From: the human T2T-CHM13v2.0 reference genome, Homo sapiens
NCBI RefSeq assembly: GCF_009914755.1
Contig: NC_060925.1
Length of the DNA stretch: 64,000 bases
Reading direction: 5' to 3' (one strand)
The notes under the pieces are model-generated. The model was not told the origin of the DNA. It was given only the letters and a program-made list of their open reading frames with translations, and searched no databases. Made by a program: the position numbers and the translations under genes. Positions 1 through 15,071 of this stretch are shown one piece after another. Every line of letters begins with the position of its first letter. The stretch's first letter is position 1.

Positions 1-1129
1 AATTTTGAATTTACACTTTAAGTTTTTATCTTCTTGAATCAAATTATACAAATACCTTAAGTTAAATTATTTGATATTTGGTGAGCCAAAATGAATCTCC
101 ATTACAGTAGGGACTATCTCTAAAGCAGGCATCAGTTCAATAAAATTACACATTACTCCTCAATTTGTAGAAGTAGGTACAATAAATTTCCCCCCCACAA
201 ATCTAATACCAGTGTTTAGAGGCAATTCAATTATTTATTTTTGGTACAGTTATTCCTATGAGATTTTCAAATACTGTTTCAATGTTTTGCTATCATATAT
301 GAAGAATAGTTCAGTGTCAGTTGTCGAAATTTATACGACAGGGATCATCATGTAAATCTAACAAAAACTGCTTTTGGCTGTACCTAGTTAGTTTGACTTT
401 ATTTTAAAGTTTAAACATTAGCCTCTGATCATGCCTCTTATGTTCCCTAACTGTTTATCAAAGTCCATTTCTCTGAAAGTTTGGTTACAAATCTAGTTCA
501 TATAAAATGTACCCAGTTGTTTCTGTGGAGAAAGGAAACTCTCTTTTGGGGTACAATTTGATTCAGTGTTCATATTTCTGAACTATTTATTTTTTGTATC
601 ATCTGAAAAGTCACTTAGTGGTTGAGTTCATCCATTCGGGAAACCAAGTTAATTTTACGAAGAACTTGGATCAAAGGAAGATGGGTGACATTCAAAGAAA
701 AGTGAGTACAAACCCAATGGTAGGTTTAATTGTATATTTTAGCCAAATTATGAGCAAATTATAGCCAGACTATTTGTCTCATACTAAAGCGTTACTAATG
801 ATGCAAAAAAGTAACATCAGGTTTATAACTCTATTAAACAATTATAGTACTTACGTAACAGGTAGTGACTGAGATTAAACAAGAATAAAGGACAGAGTAG
901 GATTTGCCCTGATGGTGTCAAGTCAGATAATGGAGCCATGGCTCTTAGTTTGGGGAAGAGTGTTGGGAAGATGTCTGGGGCTCCATCTTAAATCCAGTCA
1001 ATTATGTCAAGGTGTGCTAGAGAGGAGTTTTCTTATAATTGGCATTTTCTGTGGTCTGGAGGTGAGCCAATACAATCTTTTATTTGCCAAACACTTTACA
1101 TGCATTATCTCTTCGGTTACTCACTACAA

Positions 1130-1745
1130 CTGTGTCAAGGGTCCCAAAGATTATACTTAGACTCAGTGATTTGCTAGAAGGACTCACAAGATTCAGATGC
1201 TGTTATACTCATGGTTATGGTTTATTATTGCGAAAGGGTACAAGTAGATTAAAATCAGCCAAGGGAAAAGTTACATGGGACAATGTGCAGAAGAAACAAA
1301 GTACAAGTTTCTAAAAGCCCTCTCCCAGTGAAGTCATACAGATGTTTCATTCTTCCATTAATGATGTGTGACTACATGATGTAATGTGTTGTCAAGTAGG
1401 GAATCCCACTTGAGCCTTGGTATCTAGAGTTTTCCTGGGGTCAGTCATGTAGGAACACACCACCTGCATGACTGACCTCAACTACTAATACTCTAACACA
1501 CCAAAGCAAAAACAGGAATTCACTATAAATTATATTAGTTTGCAAAAACTATCTAATCCATCAGGTACAAAGCGGCCCAAGACCTCATTCACACATATAA
1601 AATATCTTACCAAGCATAATATTCCAAGGACTCAGTGCTCATCTACCAGAAGCTGGCCAAGGGATATTCCTAAAGAATGTCCTTCCTTGAAAATTTGCAG
1701 AATCTGAGCAATACAGACCTGCTGAATAATTCCTTTCCTGCATAA
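1130..1745 (-). mobile_element. Old ERV LTR (MER21/MER77-like)
   Basis: Motif gggtcccaaag...cagtgatttgctagaaggactcacaagattcag resembles the recalled consensus; family and strand uncertain. Confidence 0.45.
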
Positions 1746-2356
1746 CAGCCTTATGAGATAGTTATAGTTCTGGAGTTCAACTGTGGATTGAATTCAAGGA
1801 TTCCTGGAAATTGAATGGGAAAAAATTAATCTCATTGTCTTTAATCACTCATCTCTAATTAAAATGGTGCATTTTTTCAAATTTGAATATGTTCAAAAAT
1901 TTGATAAACTTGGCTGGGCAACACATCCTTTCAGTGTCACATGGGGGCATGTTATATAGGCAAAGGTTCTTAGTTTATATTAGGCTCCCAGGCTTCAATT
2001 GTAAAGTTTTTTTTTTTTTGAATAGTGTATTTTTGGTGAAATGTAAATAATTTCTGTACAGTGGAATAAATTGCCCTACAGATTAATTAACTCATTAGAC
2101 AATAACTAGTATTATATCTAACATAAGCATTATATTTTTTCATATATTTTCTAGTTTTGCCTATGCTCTTTGAATTAGTTATAAAATCCTACTGTTTCCC
2201 TCATTAATTAATTAGTTCAATAAAATCTTTGTTCATTTTATGTTTGTATGAGAGTCATGATTTTACTTTTGTGAAAATTATTCTCTAACAATTATAAACA
2301 AACCAGCTTTATTGCTAGTTCCTATAACTTTGCAAGAAAGAGAAATCAAGCAGATA

Positions 2357-3655
<1,299 letters not shown>

Positions 3656-4084
3656 TATTTTCATACTGTATTATGTTTATTTTCATTTATTAGAATAGCA
3701 TTTATCTCTACATTAAGCTCTAGTTATTAGACATACCTCTATATCATCATTTTAAGCACTGAAGTAGTACCATATTAGTGTATCGATAAAATAATATTTA
3801 TTATTTCTATACATGTATTTAATTTTTTGTAATTATAGGAATTCTGTGTCCTCTTAGAATATGTTGCATGTTTATCTAGCATCCCTCACTTCTGCATATA
3901 GCACTTTCCCTCTTTTGAAGGATTTTTTCTTCACTCCAACTTTTCTTTTCATTCCAACTCTGAATAATAAGGGTTTCAGAGGTGAGAACGTTATCCAATT
4001 CACGCACTTCAGTGTTATTCATAACATGTTTTGTACTAGAATTAAGTACAAAGAATTTTTTTCACTGGGAAGAAAGGTGTCTTA

Positions 4085-4375
4085 TCAGGAGTGGTCAGTG
4101 AGATAGGAGAGAGACTAGTGTGTTGTCTCAGACAAATGATGAAGGAAAAAATTATCTGTCAAGTGCTGCTTGCTGACAGATCAAGATGAGGGCTGCATAC
4201 TGACTTTTAATTTATCAATACAGAGATCAATGATATCATGACAAGAGCTATTTTAATGTAGTGGTGAGAGCAAAAGAAGAATAGGTTGAACAGAAAATGG
4301 AAGGAGAAGAATTGAGAACAGGAAGCATGGATAACTTTTTCAAAGAGTTTTGTTGTCAGAAAGTGTAGAGAAATT
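4085..4375 (-). mobile_element. L2 fragment
   Basis: Degenerate L2-like motifs (tgtcaagtgctgct...agatcaagatgagg); strand tentative. Confidence 0.4.
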
Positions 4376-6834
4376 AGACATTAACTAAATAAGTAATTAA
4401 GTTGAGAAGGCTTTTTTTTTTTCAATTTGTAAAGGTGTTCTCCTACCTTTATAAATGCTAATGGGAATAGTTAAGTAGAGAGTAAAAATACCACTGGAGA
4501 AATGTTCTTGGGTAGAAGTTAAAAAAAAAAGGGAATACATCATAAAAATAAAGGCATGGTCTGAATTGGGAGAAGATATAATTTATCAATTGCAAAAGAA
4601 AAATGGACAGAGTGTACAGATATATATTATCAAAGATATGCTCCTGAGATACTTTGAAAGTTATATGTTGTGGGCTTCCCTCAGTTAAATAAGATGCAAG
4701 GTCATCAGTTGGGACTGAGGATGAGGGAGAAAGCACTAGGGTATTGAAAACAGACTCTGATATAGTCCTTTAGGAGAATAGGAAACAAAAACACTAGAGA
4801 ATGGTAGTATCATTTCTAGGAACATTAAAGAAACGCTTGAAATTTGGAATGAATTACAAATTTAAAGTGAAGCCAGTCAACACATGTTTTACATAGGATA
4901 AACTAGTCTCTGCAGCAGTAATAAACAACTTTCTGTTCTCACTAGCCTTAAGCAACCAAGTTGATATCTCACTCATTTTATATGTCTTTAGGTTGGTGGT
5001 ATTGGGTGTGGTGGTGCTGGGGTTGTGTGTGTGTGTGCTCTGCTCCACATGGTCATTCAGGGACCTAGGCTGATGAAGCCTTTTTCTAACTATGAGTCTG
5101 GGAAAGAGAGTACTGAGGCTTATGCACAGGATCTTAAATGCTTCATCTAGGAAATAATACATGGTCACAGAGCATTGACAATACTAGTCCCTTGTCCTGA
5201 ATAAACTACAAAGAGGCCGGAAAATATGGGAGAGCACATGAATGGACAATGAGCAGAAAAGCCCTCTATATCTGTGGGTATATGTCACCATATAAAATAG
5301 TCACAGATGAAGAGTTGAACTTAACTAGTGTTACCAAGGATTTTCAGTTGAGTATAATAACAAAAGAAATTAACAAGAAATTTAAAGATACATATAAGAG
5401 GGCTATTAAAATGATTAAGTGTAAATATTTAAGCATGGAAAAGAAGAAAGAGACATTACAAGGGATGTGAGGGATGGTGAATAGACAGCAGCTATGGGGT
5501 AGGGGTGGGGGTGGTCCATGGGTTACTGTGTACATATTTCTAGAGTGAGAAAGCTAGAAAGATTGAGGGTCAATCACAGTGTGGAATCTATGTAAACTAT
5601 AGAAAAGTTTCTTGTGTCTTAGTGGAAAACTTTGCACCACCTATAACATGCCCTTACAAGTTGTCTGATTCTGGTCCTTTTCATTGTCTTTGACCTATAT
5701 TGTAACTATTTGTAAAAGTTGTATGCAACTGAGAGATATGTACATTAAGTCTTCTTTGATAGTGATTTGGGTGATTTCCTCTCTTCGGTGGAAAAAGTTT
5801 TCTTTTTTTCCATTTGCAAATTCATCTCAGCATTCCTTTACTCCAGTTACAACATCTGCCTGGATTCCTGATAGCATAGAAGTAAAATAAATTCTTTAAC
5901 ACATGTTTATTTTCATATCTCTTCGAAAGTCATGACTTTATCTTTTTCAGAAAATTATCTTTCAACAGAAATGAGATTCTGAAGGCTTTTTTCACTTATT
6001 AATACTGAAAATTTCTAAGATATGATCATAAGAATGAGTGGCTGAGGAGTGGTGGAGGATAAGGTCTTTTTAGGAGAGGAGATCTAAAAATTATGCAGTC
6101 ACAGAGTTGGAATGTTCATCTATTACATATTTAGATCACCAAAAATTAAACAGGAATTTTGTTGAGGAATCCAATGCTAATCCAGAAGCTAAAATATTTA
6201 AGAAATGGAGGCAAGGTTTATAAATGGCGTGTGGCAAAAAACAGGAATAATAGTTGGTGGATTGCATTCATCTGATCACATGAGATTCAGAATTGGAGGG
6301 AGTGATTCAGGAAAGAGGGAGGAAAACATACCTAGAAGCAGCCATGAGTATCAAGGAGAGGACCAACCTCACTGTTAGGCCTAGTGGAATAAGAAATATG
6401 AGAGAGCAAATGAGACATTATTCAATATTCAGGAAATATAGTTTCCTAAGGAGAGATATGAGTTCCTTTTAAAGAAAGAAAGTAAAGAGAATTTGCAGAG
6501 AAGAAGTTGAAAATATACAACTTTTTGCTGATACTGGAGAAATCGTTGCTAAGGGCACGTACAGTCAAATGGATTCAGAAGTTGAGGGTAATGGGAGGTG
6601 GATGCTTATAGGCAGAGTCAGATGTAGATTTGAGTGTGGAAACAGAGGACTGACATGGGATTAAATGTGGTAACTGAGACAAAGAAGAGGAAAGGGCACA
6701 TGGGATACTCCTGACCCTCAGATTAACTCCTCAACAGACACTCACAGGCAAACACATACCAGTGAATATCAGTATCCCACAAAGAAAGTTAATTTTCAGA
6801 GACAGTGGCAAGTTAATTCCATATTTAGGGGAAA

Positions 6835-7012
6835 AATAACAATCCTGGTTGTACATTAGAATGATTTAAAGATCCTTAAATATATATAAACATCCAAGAT
6901 CTCCCTTCAGAGATTCTGATTTAATGGATTTAGAATGAGGCCTGAGCATCAATATTTTTAAAAAGCTCCCTGGGTAATTCTAACCAGCAACAAGAACGTG
7001 ATCCACTGGGCT
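6835..7012. mobile_element. MER5-type hAT-Charlie MITE
   Basis: cctggttgtacattagaat...cagagattctgatttaat...tttaaaaagctccctgggtaattctaa. Confidence 0.7.
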
Positions 7013-7102
7013 ATAGTTACAACTCACGTGCCTTATCAAAATATTTAATATCTAAATCATATTAGCACTTTATTACTGTTCTCTCTATGCCTGGAATGCC
7101 GC

Positions 7103-7483
7103 TGTATTAGTTCATTTTCACACTGATGTAGAGAATTACCCGAGACTGGGTAATTTATGCAGAAAAAAGGTTTAATTGACTCAGTTCAGATGGCTGAAAG
7201 GCATCAGGAAACTTATAATCGTGGTGGAAGGTGAAGGGGAAGCAAGGCACATCTTACATGGTGGCAGGAGGAGAATGAGGTAAGTGCCACACTTTAAAAC
7301 CATCAGATCTCATGAGCACTCACTCACTATCATGAGAACACTATCATGAGAACAGCACGGGGGAAACTGCCATCATGATCCAATCATATCCCATCAGATT
7401 CCTCCCTCAACTGGTGGGGATTACAGTTCCAGATGAGATTTGGGTGGATACACGGGGCCAAATTTTTCTCAGCCAAACCATCA
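7103..7483 (-). mobile_element. MaLR solo LTR (MSTA/THE1 type)
   Basis: tgtattagttcattttcacactg...gagactgggtaattt...aaaccatca; contains a small internal ctatcatgagaaca duplication. Confidence 0.85.
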
Positions 7484-8075
7484 ATGGCTGGGAATGGTGT
7501 CAAGTACTGTGATCTCAGCTGGGATGGGAGGAAATCCAAGGCAGCAGGACTGGGTATCAGCTCTCAATGTCTCAAGTAAGGTTGCTATGGTTACCCTCAA
7601 AGGCATCAGATGGATGTCATGATCGGATCTCAAATAAAATTTCACTGGCAGTAGTTAAATTCTGTTTTATAAAGGAATAAAACTAGTTGATAGGCAACCC
7701 ATCAACATTTTCCTTGATTTGTAGAACCTGAGTCATATAACCATGAGAGTCATCGATCTTTATTCCACTCTCATATCTGAAGGAAATTATAGAATCATCA
7801 GAGTTCCTTAAATGGAAGAGAGGCCCAGGTCACCTTGAGGAAGGTCATTGCTGTTACACTGGAGATCAGATGGCAAAACGAATTTCCACGCAGAGCCTAC
7901 ATCATTATTAGCCCAGTGGAACACGGGAATAATTGAATGTTTATTATTTCCTACTGTCAGGCTGTCTGGTTAAAGTACTTTTAATTTATTTTACTTGCCA
8001 TTACTATCTTGGTATCCCCCGTTAACACCACTGACCAAGCAACTTACTTCAAAGTAAAAAAAAAAATGAAGATAA

Positions 8076-8515
8076 GCATATTTGTTTCCTTGGGCTGTCA
8101 CAACAAATGACCACAAAAGTGGAGGTTTATGACAAGAGAAGTTTATTCTCACAGCTCTGGAGGCCAGAAGTGAGAAATCAAGTTGTCAGCGAGATGTACT
8201 CCTTCTGGAGACTCCATGGGAGAATCTGTTCCATGGCTTTCTCCCAGCTTCTGGTGGTTGCTGGCAGTCCTTGGCGTTTCCTTACTTTTTTCTGCATAAC
8301 TGCCTTTATTGTCACATGAGGTTCTCATTATGTGTCTGTGTACAAATATGTCTCTTCTTAAAAAGACAATAGTCCTATCAGATTTGGCACCCACCCTAAT
8401 GCAGTATGACTTCATCTTAACTTGATTACATTACAAATACCCTATTTTCAAACAAGGTCACATTCATAGGTTCTCTGTGGACATGGGTTTGGGAGATATT
8501 ATTAAATCCAGTACA
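8076..8515 (-). mobile_element. MLT1 (B/C/D-like) LTR
   Basis: tttattctcacagctctggaggccagaag...aacaaggtcacattc. Confidence 0.75.
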
Positions 8516-8996
8516 GTAGTCCAATATCTATAATATTTAGTGGTATTATATACCTTGTGGCCCAGAAGCACAGGCCTCAGAGAGCTATGGGTTGTATATT
8601 GGATATTCAGATATAGGGTCACATTGACAGCAATGTCTTTCAAATTTTGGGTGCTATATTGGAAAATGTGATGTATCATGTCAACCAGTAGCCAATATAT
8701 GATTTTATTTCTACTATAGCCAGAAAACTTTGCTTTGAATACCAAGAGATGGCGTTGAAGGTGGTTCTTTTCAGAATTACATGTAATGACACATTTTTGA
8801 AAAAAGAAAGAGAGAGGATGAGAAAGGTAGAATAGTTTTTCTTTCTATTTTATCTAGGCTTTTCTGATTTAGAGACTTTAGCGTCTGAGGGGTGAAACTA
8901 GAGAAGAAATGGATATCATCCAGTGATCCCGAATTTAGAGTTGGATGAGTGAATTAGAAAAGTGTGTTCTCTTTGGGCATATAAATTAATTATTGG

Positions 8997-9400
8997 TGTA
9001 TCAATTACCTTTTGCTATATAATAAATCAGTTCAAAACTTCACAGCTCACAACAACAAATGTTTATTTTTTTTCTGATTATGTAGGACAGTTGGTGGTTA
9101 TTCTGGTCTCAGCTGTCTTAGATAATTTCTGTGGTCACTTGGAAGATTGGTTGATATCCAGTGGTCTATAATGGCCTCAATAACTTGTTTGGTAAGAAGT
9201 TTGGTCTCTTTTTTATGTGATCTCGAATTCTCAAGATCAGCCAGCCCTGGTCTCACAGAGAGCAAAAAGTCTTAAGTCACAATAAATAAGCCTTTTCACA
9301 ACCTCTACTTTCATCTTGTTTGCTACTGTCCCATTGGCCAAAACAGTTAACAGAAAGGGGAGACTCAATACAGAGGGAACCACCAAATGATGTGAATACA
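8997..9400 (-). mobile_element. Old MLT1 (F/G/H-like) LTR
   Basis: tgtatcaattacc...gctatataataaa...acaacaa, and gtcccattggccaaa. Confidence 0.5.
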
Positions 9401-10702
9401 AAAAGAATTACTATGGTTCTTTTTGAAAAACAAAACAAAACAAAACAAAACAAAACTATCACAGTTTTTTTAAACTGACAAAAACACATTTTTCTTATAC
9501 AAAAGAGGAATTTTTAGATAGATATGGGGGCTTACGCTTCAAACTTAATAATAAAGAGGCAGGCTTGGAAAACAAGCAAGAATCAATGAGGATCCTGAAG
9601 TTTGGTAGGACAATGATCTAGCCAGAATAGTACTACTGTATACTGCATCCACTGCTAGACGTTTTATTTTGTTGAATACTGCAAATGGACATCACTGATG
9701 CTTTTGTAAGGCATCACAAATCAATTTGAACCACCTCTTCATCTTCACTTTGTCAGCTCCAGATTAAAACCTTAGATGTAGGTAAGCCTAGATTATTGAA
9801 AATGAAAGAGTGAGGATTTTCTATCTTCATTTTCTGTAGTGGAGGCAGGACATTGCATGCCACTAATTCTAACAATTAATAGAGAATTACTCTATAACAG
9901 GAAGGGCAGATACTGAAATGCCACTCACACACACTTTCAAAACACACATACATATAATGTGCATAACAGGGAATAGTGTGTTCATTTGCATTGTATTAAA
10001 ATGATTCAATCTTTAAGGTCTAGGAATTAATATCTTGAGAATAGTAGCACAAGGTGGACCGAAAAATTGGACCTTTTTTTTTTTAATACCACTTTTGCAT
10101 CATGGGAAGAGATTCCTGACTTCTCAGAAGTTTGCTTTATTAGATTTTCCTTAGCTATGGTTAGCTATACATGTAAATACATTTTTGCAACCCATGATCT
10201 TATACAGAAACTGAAGCAGAAAGATAACAAGGCAATTATATGTGTAGAATTAATGAGATTTGCATCCCCTGCCATTGTCCACTTTGTTCTGCATGTGCAC
10301 GTCAGTGATGTCGTTTGTATTAGGACTGAACCAATAGATTTTAATTTCAAATATTTCCCTTTCTACATAATGGCTTCAAAACCACTGGATTAGTTTTTCC
10401 CTGTTCTCTAGCTGCAGTTTGTTACTCTAAATTGAAAATACTTTTAATGTAAAATAATGTTCTTACTTTTTCTCCCCTATTCCTATCCCTCAATGCTTTC
10501 TCTCCATGCTGATTGGCACACATATATGTTTGAGAAAAGAAATTAGAAGGTTGCATTTCTTAAATAATATGTGGACACACAGAATATAACCAGTTTATAA
10601 GGCCTAATTTCTGAATTATTAGGTATTCTTTGATATCTAGAGTTTATAATGCAATGCCCCATTGGTAATCAACAAGTATTTCCCAAGATCAATATTCTAG
10701 GA

Positions 10703-11083
10703 GGCTGGGCACAGTGGCTTAAGCCTGTAATCCCGGCACTTTGGGAGGCTGCGGTGGGCAGATCACTTGAGATCAGGAGTTCGAGACAAGCCTATAATCT
10801 TATGAGGAGCAGTTTAGCTGTCACTTGTCTTATCTTAGCCCATTCACTCTGTTTCCATATAAGCTTCTCTTTTAGCTAAACTCGCCCAACATGGAGAAAC
10901 CTTGTCTCTACTAAAAATACAAAAAATTAGCTGAGTGTGGTAATCCCAGCAACTCAGGAGACTGAGGCAGGAGAATCACTTGAACTCAGGAGGCAGAGGT
11001 TGCAGTGAGCCGAGATCGCACTACTGCGCTCCAGCCTGGGCAACAGAATGAGACTCTGTCCCAAATAAATAAATAAATAAAAT
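10703..11083 (+). mobile_element. AluS with a ~99-bp non-Alu insertion
   Basis: Alu left arm broken at gagacaagcct|...|ccaacatgg; (TAAA)n tail; degenerate TSD aatattctagg/aataacctagg. Confidence 0.92.
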
Positions 11084-11473
11084 AACCTAGGGCTTTGTGT
11101 GGATAGTCATGGTCCCTGACTTCAGGAATTTTAGTCTATCAAGAAAATCTAGCATTAAACAGATGTAGGTGGGTAGCAGTTTCTCCATTTCCCCTACCAC
11201 AATTATTTTAAGTTAGAGGAAAATCAAATTGTATTAACATGATGTTGAGTGCTTCACCTGGGAGCTGCTTTTTTCATGTCATCTATTCTTTCTCAGCTGC
11301 CTGTTTTGCCTTGAGACACTGACTATTTTATTGCTAAGCATCCCTTTATTCTCCAAATATCAATTAGACAGGATTCTATAAATAATAGAATTTATTGAAG
11401 GTTTAAGTTGATAAGAGGGGAGGAAGCAGGTACCCTGAAGTATACCACAGCACATAAACAAAAACAATTAATC

Positions 11474-11796
11474 CACTGGGCACGGTGGCTCACACCTGTA
11501 ATCCTAGCACTTTGGGAGTCCGAGGCAGGTGGATCACCTGAGGTCAGGAGTTCGAGACCAGCCTGACCAACATGGGGAAACCCTGTCTCTATTAAAAACA
11601 CAAAATTAGCTGGGCGTGGTGGCACATGCTTGTAGTCCCAGCTACTCAGGAGGCTGAGGCAGGAGAATCACTTGAACACAGGAGGCGAAGGTTGCGGTGA
11701 GCCGAGATTGTGCGATTGCACTCCAGCCTGGGCAAAAAGAGCGGAACTCCGAAACTCAGTCTCAAAAACAAACAAACAAACAAACAAACAAACAAA
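11474..11796 (+). mobile_element. AluS with (AAAC)n tail
   Basis: Full dimeric Alu. Confidence 0.92.
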
Positions 11797-13373
11797 GTCT
11801 TTTTTTTTTTTTTTTACCACCTCCTGGCACTAAAAGCTTTTCTAGTCAAAGCTCCTCTACAGTTGACTAGGCTTCTCACCTGGGAAATGGTGCTTGGACC
11901 TCCTGTCTCATGATATCTTCTCACTGGACTTAGTTCTCTTTCTATGCTTTAAATCTCTCCTATAATCTTATGTGTAGTTCAGCTGTCACTTGTCTTATCT
12001 TAGCCCCTTCGTGCTGTTTCCATATGAGCTTCTCTTTAAGCTAAACTTGCCCAATAGTGTATTTCTAAACAAAACATACATTCTCTCCCTGAGAGTCTTT
12101 CCAACCAGATTTTAAAATTTTGTTTCTTCTCTATTGATCAAATACTACATTATAATACTGTTACTAATAACACAAGTACACATCGGAGCAAAAAGCTGTG
12201 AAGAGGCATAGGACACTATGAGGGTATATAAAGGAAATATTTAGTTGTATATTATCATTAGTGAAGATATTTGAGACCGTCCTTGAAAAGTACTTACTTA
12301 TTTCAACAGTGGTTCTTGATAGGTATTTTTGCATAACTGAATGAATAGTTAGAATGACAAGAAGATCATACCTATTTATTAGGCCTGATAATCACTTTGG
12401 TTCTTATTCTAAGAGTAATAAAAGGCCTGTGGATGATTTTAACTAAGAATACATTAAAATCTTTGAACAATCTTTCTGAGCATAATTTGGAGAAAAGAAT
12501 GGAAGCAGGAAAGATGGAGTTTGGGAGGTTTATCTGAGAAATGCAGAATAAGGCTAACATCCGAGTTCACTGGTCCAGAAAGGCAATGGTGAGACTGGAT
12601 CTGAGAGACATTTAGGAAGGAAAATCACAAGAAATGACAACGAATTGATGGACAGAAGGTGTGGTAAAGGAGAAGAGGGAAATTCAAGATGAATCTCAGG
12701 TTTGCCCTTTGGGGAATTTTTTTCTCTACTAGGATAAAATAATAGCCTTGTGTTTATACCCTGTGAGCAGGCGGTAATCCGATTGGTGTGATGAACAATA
12801 GGTATTGTCAGCTGAATAAAATTTTAAAAATTTTCAGCAGAGACCTATTTTTGAGCTGCTAAGGGCCTCATGACAATTTTTTTTTTTTTTAGTTCATGAA
12901 CTCATAAAACCACATAAAGTTGCCACATAATAATTGTGGGTGTCCGTATCTGGGGTGTCTGTATCTACAATAATTTTTTTCTGCAGAAATAATTTCCAGT
13001 TTCATCACCCAGTTACCATTGTCAGTTGTTTCATGCTCCTAAAAGTCAGTTGGAATGAATCCTTGTTCCAAGAGCAAGCTTAATAACTTGTTTCCTTCAG
13101 CAAAGATTCCTATGCATCATCTCGTTAAAAAATGGACACAGGCAAAATTCATTTGTCTTGGCTCTCAGAGCACCATTCCTGCAATGTTACAAAACAGGGG
13201 AATTGCTGCTGAGTGACCAGCCACCTTTTCATATGGTCAACATGCCCTGCCATTTAGCTCCTGAATGCTTGAGGGTCAAGTAGCCATCTCTGTAGAAGTG
13301 AGTGCAATGCAGCATAGCAGGATGCAAGGTGTGCCAATTACAACACAGACATGTCTAGAGAGGTGGTCAATAT

Positions 13374-13739
13374 TTTCACACACATCCGTGTGAAGAGACC
13401 ACCAAACAGGCTTTGTGTGAGTGATAAAGCTTTTTAATCATCTGGGTGCAGACGGGCTGAGTCCGAAAAGAGAGTCAGCGAAGGGAGATAGTGATGGACC
13501 GTTTTATAGGATTTGGGTAGGTAGTGGAAAATTACAGTCAAAGAGGGTTGTTCCCTGGCGGGCAGGGGCGGGGGACACAAGGTGCTCAGTGGGGGAGCTT
13601 CTGAGCCAGGAGAAGGAATTTCACAAGGTAATGCCATCAGTTAAGGCAGGAACCGGCCATTTTCACTTCTTTTGTCATTGTTCAGTTACTTCAGGCCATC
13701 TAGATGTATACGTGCAGGTTTGGGTCCAGAGGCCTGACA
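13374..13739 (-). mobile_element. Solo LTR7 (HERV-H LTR), 366 bp
   Basis: Minus strand begins TGTCAGGCCTCTG and ends CTCTTCACACGGATGTGTGTGAAA; perfect 5-bp TSD AATAT (13369-13373 / 13740-13744). Confidence 0.9.
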
Positions 13740-15071
13740 AATATTGTATACACAAAATAAATTACTCACCCGTGATCATCATCTGTATCCTGTAGTTTAT
13801 TCTATGATATTGGAAGAGTTACAGAGAAACAATTGATTTTAGACTCTGATGAAAATTGGCTTCTATCTATGATACGAAAAGATGTTAAATTACTTCACCA
13901 AGTTGCTTCGAGGCTATATGGATTTGGTAATTGCTTTGGTGGTTATTTGATATAAAGAAGTAAACAAATGGAGAGTGTTAGAGAATACTGAAAGATATCA
14001 GGGAAGCTTGAAAAATTGCTCTGAAAGTTTAAATTATTATGAGTTTAAATGATTATGAGGGCAGATCTTGTCAATATTTTTTAATATTGACTAAGAAAAA
14101 CTTTAAAAATATTACAGGAACTACTTCAGAATACTAAACCATCATTCATGCAGATTCCTAATAATACATTTTCAATGGTTTCTTACTTTCAGCCAAACTC
14201 AAGAAAAAAAATGACAGTATAGCCCTCAAATCCCAAAATAATATTTTAACAAAATAAAATTATTTTATTAAGTGATTTTAAATTTCAGTAATAAATGTCA
14301 CAACTATATTGATAATTAGGTAACACATTTTCACCAGACAGATTTCTTATCTTGAAAAATATGTGACCTGAAAATTTTATATTTCAAAATGATCAGAGGA
14401 CCATCTCCTCTTTGGCTAATTTAGGCTTTTGAGTTTGTAACAGTGACTCAGAAGTAACTGACTACTTCTTTTTTTTTCTTCTTAAATTAGGTTGCAACTT
14501 GATTCTAGTACAAGAATAAATCTTAACATCACTAAACTGAGAAATGAGGATTGCCCACATTAACTAACTTAGAGGATGCTGAATGCTTCAAAATAAGAAC
14601 TTCTGTCCTTTAGTTACTGATAATGTATCAAGCACAGCTACTTAATTATTTTTAGCAACTTGTTTGCCAGTGGAAATGTCAGTTATTTTGTAGTTATTTC
14701 ACAGGATGCTTTTTGCCAGAAACATTAAAAATCAATTATTTTTAATTAAAAAGTGATCATACTTTGTTTTCAAAATCAAATCATTTATAACTTGGCCCAA
14801 GAACATTTGAAATTTTAAAATAATTATTGTTTTCTCCATATTTTATTTTCAAGTCTGAATTTTTAGTAAAGGTAATAAATACTTTAGATATATTTCTATT
14901 GTTCTGATGATTTGTATTTTATATTGTTTCAATGAATGCACATTTATAAAATCTTTTATCTTAAAATGTCAAATCGTTTTCTGCATTAGATATTATTCCA
15001 TATAAAATAGAATGTTTATTATATTAAACCACTTGAGATTATGTATGGAGTTTAATCTATTACTGCACTGT

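Noticed and set aside
13421-13795. 124-aa ORF
   Set aside because: Antisense of the LTR7; non-ATG start and no recognisable domain.
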